DNA of 64,000 nt from Promethearchaeota archaeon (lineage in GTDB: Archaea; Asgardarchaeota; Lokiarchaeia; Sigyniarchaeales; SOKP01), in the NCBI GenBank assembly GCA_019057795.1, contig JAHLWS010000074.1, positions 21,725 to 85,724 on the forward strand, given 5' to 3'. This document shows, piece by piece, positions 15,001 to 24,000 of the stretch. Numbering within the stretch: the stretch's first letter is position 1; each line of letters begins with the position of its first letter. Position numbers and translations under genes: made by a program. The notes below the pieces were generated by a model, which was given only the letters and a program-made list of their open reading frames with translations, did no database searches and had not been told where the DNA came from.

Positions 15001-18000
15001 GATCCAATAACTACTTGGTCAATATACGATGACGGCTTTAGTTCCGGAGAAATAACGGTACTAACTTCAAGCGAATCAATTTCTCCTCCAGAGTCAGGCG
15101 TAAAATATTTAGGCGGTACAGAAAATGGACAGATTTTCGGTCAAGAAATATCTTTCTTGTACTATAACGATTCCTTAGATTACGGTATTGAATCCGATAG
15201 CGAATTACTTTCGCTTTTAGCCTTAACCGAGATTACCGCGTTAAAAGTGGTCGGAATTAAGGACGGTAGCGAATACGAATTTGTTCAAGGAACCGATTGG
15301 ACTATGCCTTACTATCCTTCGGGAATTCTCTACAACGATTCGATCATTCGCTTTTCAGGAACTAATATACCCGACGAAGGCACAGAATTTTCAATCGTTT
15401 ACAAGCTAAAATTTGATTTCGAATCAAAAAGTTTCGGAAAGATTACTTTAGGTTATACCAATAATTACAATGAAAGTTCGATCGAGCTTCAATTACCGGA
15501 CGGATTCTTACCGGATAGCGATGAAGCCGTAGCTCCTATGTTTACTCGATTTTCAGATAATTTTACGGGCGATGGAACCCAAACTCAGTTTATCATGAGC
15601 TATGGACTTAGCGGAGTATCTCAATGGGACGGAAATTTCGTTATATATAACGAGGAAGAACTAATCTCCCAATTTGGAGCCTTTGATGAAGGAGTTTCTT
15701 CAGGACATCCTACTATCACTTTTACTGTAAAACCTCCTCCTGCCCAATCAAAGATTAACGTCACTTACGGAGTTAAATCTCAATACGATCTTTCTTACGG
15801 ATTCCAGAAAATCAATAAGTCTTATAGCGATTCAATAAGGCTAATGAGTAACGATGACACATCACCTCAAATAATTGACGAAGCTGATAGCGGACTGTCC
15901 ACCCGAGTTCTTGACAATTCGTCTTTGTATATTTCATTGGATAATTCGGAAGAAAAAACAACTCTTAAATTATTACAGGTACCTTTATTGTTTGCTCCTG
16001 AACTTAATCTTACTTTTACTTTTGATCAAATAGTACTGGATTATATCGAATCTTTTGATAACGATTTTAACAACCTTACTATCGAATTTAAATATATTAC
16101 GAAGGATGGATATTACGAATTTTATTCCGACCCAAAAATAATCCCTCTGAATTATTCCGAAATTTCGCCTGATATTATAGGTAATAGTTATTCTATTCTG
16201 TATAACAAAGACCTTCAGCCAATTTACGACATGGTTGGGACTGATAGTATCGATATTGAAATAACGCTATATCAAGCGGGAAATAGTGTTAATTACGCTC
16301 CATATATAATTTTAGAAGAATTTGAATATCTATCCGATACCCACATTGTTGAGATGTACGATAGAATGCCTCGTGATTATTACGGAAACATGGATATAGA
16401 CGCCGTAATTAATACGCCTCATTACTTCCAAGTATTCTCGAAACCATTAGTCGATTGTGAGTGGGGAGATTCGCCGTTTAATCTAATAGACGGAAGCGAA
16501 GTTACGGTAGGGCTTAAAGGCTTGCCTAACTCTTCCTTAGTTTCTTTAGATTACGATGGAGAGACTTATGGCATAGACTATTGGGGTTCGGAGAAAACGC
16601 TTCCAGTAAATCTTGAAAATTTCTTTATGATCCCTAACTTGGGAATGTATACAGATACTTACAACATAGAAGAGACTTCTTATCAAGACGGATATTTAGA
16701 CCTCTATTACGGCTCAGGTACGGAAATCGATGGAGAGAAGCTTTATACCTCGACAATCTATATGGATTACGAAAGTAGTCCAGTCGCCGATTATCGTTCG
16801 AGTATTTTAGATAATACTCCAACTTCATGGGCAACAACATTTGATTTTGCTGATAAATTTTTAACCACTTATGAAATGGAAGTAGAAGGACGCGTATTCT
16901 ATCATCAAGTATTTGATTTAGATACGGATATAAACACCACTTCCGAGATGAACGATATCTTCCCTGATTACAATACAAATATCTATTTCGGTCTGCAATT
17001 ACCTTCCGACCTTGATATTGATGAGATTAGAGAGATCGGTTTACCCTATTCGTACGCGTTATCCATTCAAGGATTTCCAGTCGGAGATTATAAAGACGAA
17101 TATTGTTTCGCACTCCCAACGGATAGCGGAGATTTCAATCCGACCACCGACCCATATCTACTCGAGAGTGATACGGAATACGCTTTAGAATTTGACGAAT
17201 ACGGAGCGCCATACATTCTATTCTTTAAACCGGTTGGAGATTTAAGCACTTATACGGACGCTCAAAATAAGATCATGATCGATTATTGGGCAAATCACGA
17301 ATTTATCGATAATCGCGATTATTACATCCACGAAAACCCAATAGACACATTTATTTCGCAGATCGAATGGGATTACAGCTACGTAGATACTGACAATTTT
17401 AACCTCCACCCCGACTTTACATACGATACCAGCTTTACCGTGAATTATTACGCCTTAGAATGGGAAATTTTCAACGAGGACTATATTAAAGACGGCGACG
17501 ATATATTTACCTTCCAACAGAGAGAATTTTACAACATTTCTGTGTTATATACGGGAGATACAAGCACCGATGAATTTAGCGTACAATATATCGTACCCGA
17601 GGGTCAATATTTAGAAGATCATATAATCTTCCCAACTATCTATGCATTGGCTCAGATTGATGACGATGAGGAAACAATGAGAGTAATTGAAATTTACAAT
17701 AGTTTGTTGCAAAATTATATTTCTCAAAATGCTCCTGATTCGTACAATTATACCGTTGATTTCGCCGAAATTGAAACTTATATTAATACCTATTTCCCAA
17801 GCTATCAATTGGTTGAAAATTCTTTTATGTATATAACCACCGAATATAACTCTACTCTACTGCGATATCCAATGGGCCATACGCCGTTCAATTACGACTA
17901 TTTAGGACCAGATCATTACGCCTACCATATCGCTCTATATATCAACGGTGAGTTTATCGCATATTCAAACGAAACCTTATTTAACGATTACGTGTTAAAA

Positions 18001-21000
18001 GTTGAAGATAATTATATTTATTTCAATAATAAGTCAAGAGGTCAAGCAGGTTATATCGACCCCGATAGTGAAATTCAACTAACTTATAAATTTAAACTTC
18101 AACCTGGATTACTTGATAGAAAACATTTTATGATAATTACCTATCCGTGGACGAATGTTTTTGAAACTGTTTTTGATCCAGTCTTAGGTGACGAACAATT
18201 AACTTATAGAGAAAAATATAGAAAATTAAGCGGAGGCTCCATAATTACGCCTTTTGAATATAGCCTTTCTATTAATACGAAATATACCCTTTACTTAAGT
18301 TATCGCTTAAATCAGAGAGAATATTACGAAGAACGGTTTGAGATAAAATCCGAGTACTATGACAGCGCTGAAGGCGGCTACGTGTATAAATTTATTTCCC
18401 AAGAGCTCGATAATTACATCGATGTGCTTGAGGATGAAAAAGGGGATTCTGTTAACGTCTTTTATTTCGATGCTCAAGGCAAAATGATATTCTTAGACGC
18501 TTCTCATTACAAAGTTACTATTGGTTCGAGACAAATAGTTATTAAAAACGATGGAAACGAATTAGTAGCTTCACACGGAGAATTTTACGTGTCCTTTATC
18601 TCGGACTACAACGATAAAGAACTTTTAAATTATCGCTTTTCTTACGACCCCGCAACGGATATAACAGCAACCTTAGATGTAAATTATTGGGATGTTATTG
18701 ACGCAGAGGGTATAGGCGTTATTCCAAATTTAGACGCGCCTTACTTCATGAACGAAGGAGAGACCACTCTGCAAAACGTTGTGTGTCAAGCTTCTCAAAT
18801 TGCTGCGTATCTTAGCGAAGGAACCAAATTAGAATTTAATTTAGAAGCAGAATTACAGGGATACGACCAACAATTGCTTGATGGAATACGCGATGGCAAC
18901 TATTCAGCGCTCTATATTGATACAAATATTAAAAACATAGATAGTTTAGATAATCTTACTATTGAACTCTACGACTCTTCAGGTATAATGTCTGAATTTT
19001 CTCAGAACATGACCAGAGATGAGTTGATAATGTACGACTACAACATCAAAATTAACTTGCCAACAGATACAAATACGCTAAAAAAGATTAGACTCGTTCC
19101 ATTTTTCAGATCAGATAACGAATATAACGCGGATAATACTATAGGCATTAGCAGAATTCAAGCAATGGTCTGGGATAATGAGCTTGTTTCCTTCATGGAA
19201 GACGATCAAGAGTATATGCACGTGAATTTAGAGCACGATTTAAAGACAGATATAAGCGGATACAAATTAGCTTACATTTATAACGATAAATTACAATACC
19301 TCGCCTACCCTGACGGTGTTTCGATTACATATACCAAGGATATGGATATATACACTTTACATATTCCAAGCGTCTATCTTAACCCTGACACGAACGAAAC
19401 TACGAGATTTCTGGAAGGGCAAGAAATTGTTTTGCGATACAATTCGCCCGTAAAGAAAGGCATAGCTGTCGGTATTGGTAAATTATACTTTGAGAACAAA
19501 GGATATAATTACGACTCGCATCCAGATATTCCTAAAGCAGAATTATTACTGGTTAACGCTAATTCTTCGGATACCAACACTTACGCTTACTCCGAATTTA
19601 TTAACGATTATTATTATCAAGCCCCAATACAGATAACTCCGTTTGATACCGAATATAACGGCAAATATAAAGCTATAAAGATCGATTTGAATATATCCGC
19701 TTTATTAGAAGCAGAAGGTCGTTTTGAACTAGATCTCAGTCATATCGTCTTTTCGGTACCGAATCCTTCTTACGAATTAACCATTAGTGAAGTACTTATC
19801 TTGGAAGAATCGTACAAACCAAACTTACAATATGGAAGTATGGACGAACGGGTATGGCAATATACCGAGGTCGAGATGTTTACCGCAAGCGCTAATCCGG
19901 AAGAGGATTCTTATCAATTAGCCCTAGAAAACGCCCCGTTATTCTATCCTGATACGGAATGGTTAGATTATCTCAATATTTTTGACGAGGATGGCAACTA
20001 CTATACAGCAGGAATCACAGGAGACGACCATCAATTACATTTCGAACCTTCAACTAACACGTTTACTTGGAACCCATCGTTTAACCAGTACCCCGAATAT
20101 TTCGGCATGGAATTCGAAGAGCCGTTATCGATTGAGCCTAATAAAACGCTTTATTTCGGATACGTCACCAATACCTCTTGGGCAGAACCGATCCTAATCG
20201 AAGCGGAGAACATTGATCTCGATTCTATTCGCGTAATTTACGATTATAACTATCTACTGAAACCGGAGTTTTACGATTGGTACGCTACATTGAACCTTAG
20301 TGCCCAACATTCCTACGAGAATATCGCGTATTCCTTTAAAGAAGAATCCGAATATAAGGTTGTTCAGTATTATTACGAGGAGTTTACCGTATATAGCGAC
20401 GCTTCTCAATACACCCATACGTTTGATATAGGCGGGCTTTCTTTTGAAAACGATTTTGTCAACTTAAGCGTGTTTAAAGTGGTTGGTTTAACTCCCACTT
20501 TAGAAACCGAAATTTTGACAAATAACGACAATTTTTCGATTAAATTTAATGCAAATACGAAAGAATTAAATATAACAGATTTGAACTTAGAAAACGGTTT
20601 ATTGAATGTTTTTGATCAAATTACTGCTATTTTAAATTATTCATACGGTCCAATTTCTAGCTTTTCCGAGATTTATTTATCGCCCGAATTTAACATTACT
20701 TACTTAACCGATCCGGAAGAAACCTTCTTTAGCAATGTCGATATCGATTATAACTATCGATCAAAATCGGGCACAGCTCTATTTGGAGAAGGTTCTGCAA
20801 CCATTAATAGCGACGATACTTCATTTGTTCCTATTGATTTCTGTCGAAATCCCGATATGAGCACCGATTATCAATTAAACGGCTACGGTTCGGAGTTATT
20901 TGATAATTTTGAGATTTACCAAGACGAAAGCTCTATAATCTACGTAGCAGACATAGATATGGACGGGGAACCTGACTATAAGCACACGATCGATGTAGAC

Positions 21001-24000
21001 AAAGACGGAAAGATCGATGTTATTAGATACGGCCTTGACGATCCGCAGGGTTCCGGTGAGATTTATTGGCATACGGTTATTCAAGATTTTGAAAGTCGAG
21101 AAATTAAAGTAAAGCGAGAATTAGAAGAAGAGAAAAGAACCGAATGGTTTGACATAGATGACCGCGCATTTGCCTATTACGATTTTAATGTTTTGAAATT
21201 ACTATCAATTGTACTTGGATTACCTTTGTTATCGTATCATATTGCCAAAATGATGCTTCCCGACGTAGACTATTGGGCTCAAAAATCTATTCAGCAATTA
21301 GTCCAGAAACAGGAGTACGTAAAATCTTCCTTCTACAGCGTGACGATTGATAACGACAGGGATGGCTACACCGATTCTCAGATAAATTACGAGAAAACAG
21401 ACGTTAACATATATTACGATATTAGCGAATATAAGAAAACAATTATTGCTGCCAAGCATCAAGATATCGTTACCTATTTAGGAGAGTACATTGCCAAAAG
21501 TATAAGTTCCTTATTCACGGGCTCCCGAGACGATCCGATTTTTAACGACCAGTTAACCGAAGCCCATCTCGACTCTTCCGATTTTGGCTCTTGTAATTTA
21601 TATACCCAGATGAATGCAGCTGTTTTGAACGCGACATACAGAAAATTCTCTGAATATACCCTCTCGTCTTATATCGATACACTTGAGCGCTCCACATTGA
21701 CCGTAATCGGCTGGAACGAAGGAGAGATCGAAGAGCAAAGGATTTATACGGACGATTTTGAGAACGGAGAGATTGAAAATGCGGACGACTTTTTCTCGAG
21801 CTTATCGGCAGAGCATTCGGTCACCGACATTGACACGGGACAAGAAGTTACCGTTGATTTCGACTCAGAATTTCCATACACTCATCCAGCTAATATTAGT
21901 TGGGATTGCGAAACATGGGGTCCCGATAACGTTCCTATTAAATACGACTCCTTGCAGGTGATAGGAGAAGATTATTATTATGCTACAAATAAATTCGAAA
22001 AAGAAATTATTATTAGAATTCCGAATCGATTCTCGTTATACAACGATTTTGGTAAAGTTAGTAAGTTCAGCGTGGAAGACGGCGGTTGGGTTGAGTTTAA
22101 AGTTAAAGGTATGCTTATAACCCCTCCCGATGGTCAAGTATATTATACTTCCGATGTCGATTCCTTTGTTTCCGATTCAGCAAAAGTTAGCGGGTTTTAC
22201 TTCTACGTGGATTCTGATTTGAATGGATTTTTTGAAACAGTTTATATTCTAAACGATTACTATACTTTGGATGCTTCAGGTACTCCAGTATATACCGTTA
22301 TGTCAATAGGAATGAATTACGATGGTATTCACGATTTTGCACCCTACGAACGATTATACGACAGAGAGCTCGTAGTCTCTAATTTCGAGACGTTGACGCA
22401 AGAATCCGTCATGTTTGGAAGCGATTGGATTTACAATTTCAGGCACTTAAAGGACGAAGATCTTTTGAAAGAAACCGAATCTAAATTGGAAGAAAACAAC
22501 TTAAAACCAAAAGACCAAATATTTGAGATTTACAAACTCGTACAAATGAGCGAGCAAAACAGCGAATTTTCCGAGTTATTCTACGAAATTAGGCACAAGA
22601 CTTATTCAACCGCGTGGGAGCAATATAAAGAGCAATTAATAGGAGATATTGCCGAACAAGTGTTCATGTCGGTCACTGCCTCCCTTCTTAGCGCGACGGT
22701 GGAAGCCATCCTTACCGGAGCCACATTTGGTTTCGGATGGCCAGCTGCTAAAGCTGCTGCGACTTTAACTTATATGGGAGTCTATACTTTAATGACTAAA
22801 TTTTACGTCGACATAGACCTCGCCAAAGCAGAAGCTGAAAAGCGCTCTCAATCGTTCTACTCGGTTTCGAGCGAGACTCGTGAGCCTACTTCCCTTAACG
22901 AAAAAAACGCCTTGGATAGGGTTCTCGGCGATAGCATGGCGGCAGCACTTATAGGACATCCTGGCGGATATTACACCGAGGTGAGTGGAGGAGAACCGGG
23001 TAATATGTATACAGGTCAGCTACTAGTAAGTCCTCCCAATCTTTTACGCATGCTTTATTCGTTTGAAGGCTTTTTAGATTTACTTTGGGAAAACCTCTGG
23101 AGCATGGGAGAATCGGACCCCGATGTTTACGCCGCTCTCGATTTTGACGACATTAATTTGGATTACTTTTTACTCACTAGCGAATTACCCTCTTACAATC
23201 AGAACCCCTATTACACCTACGAGAACGCGGACGGTATTTTTGATTTGTACAACATGTATGCCCTAAACACCTTAGGCTACCTCGAAACTCAAGTAAGTCA
23301 AGCTTCTAACGGGCAGTACGACGCAATTCGAGCGACCTGCATAGACGGAAGACCACAATACGAGTTTATTAATAGCACCTTGTACCAAGCAGTAAGACCG
23401 CAAAGCGTGTTATATAGACCGATCGTGTTAAGCCAAGAAAGGTACGACCAACTACAACCAGCGCCCGGTAGTTTAGTAGTAAAAGCCCGATGTAAAGATT
23501 ATAGCAACACTATCGGAATAGACGCTTACGCAATGGGCGATGTGGAGCGCGAGGTGTACGCGGCAAAAGTTCCGCTCAACGACAACGGTTTTGAGTACCC
23601 TATTCGACACATTTCAATTGACGTGGTAAAGTACAACATTTACACCGGCTTCAGTTATTTTGTTAAGGGTCTTATCGTGAACGAGTCGGATTATTCTATC
23701 GATCTTGGCAACCTCTATTTCGCGAAATCCATCGAAGCGATCGTATCGGAAAAACATAGCGGGTTCGAAGACTTTTTAAGCTACGCGTTAGCACACGAAA
23801 TAATAGAATCGAAAATTTACTTTAACATTCACATAGTTTTTGACGTGTTTATCCCCGACACCACTGAAGAGACAAGCAGGTTGGCTTTAGCCCAAGCAAC
23901 ATCCCATACAATCATGGATTATTTTAATCAGTACGTTTTTGCGGAAGTTTCGGCTAATTCTATTTCAGAGATTGCCTACACAGAGACTATGACTTTCTGG

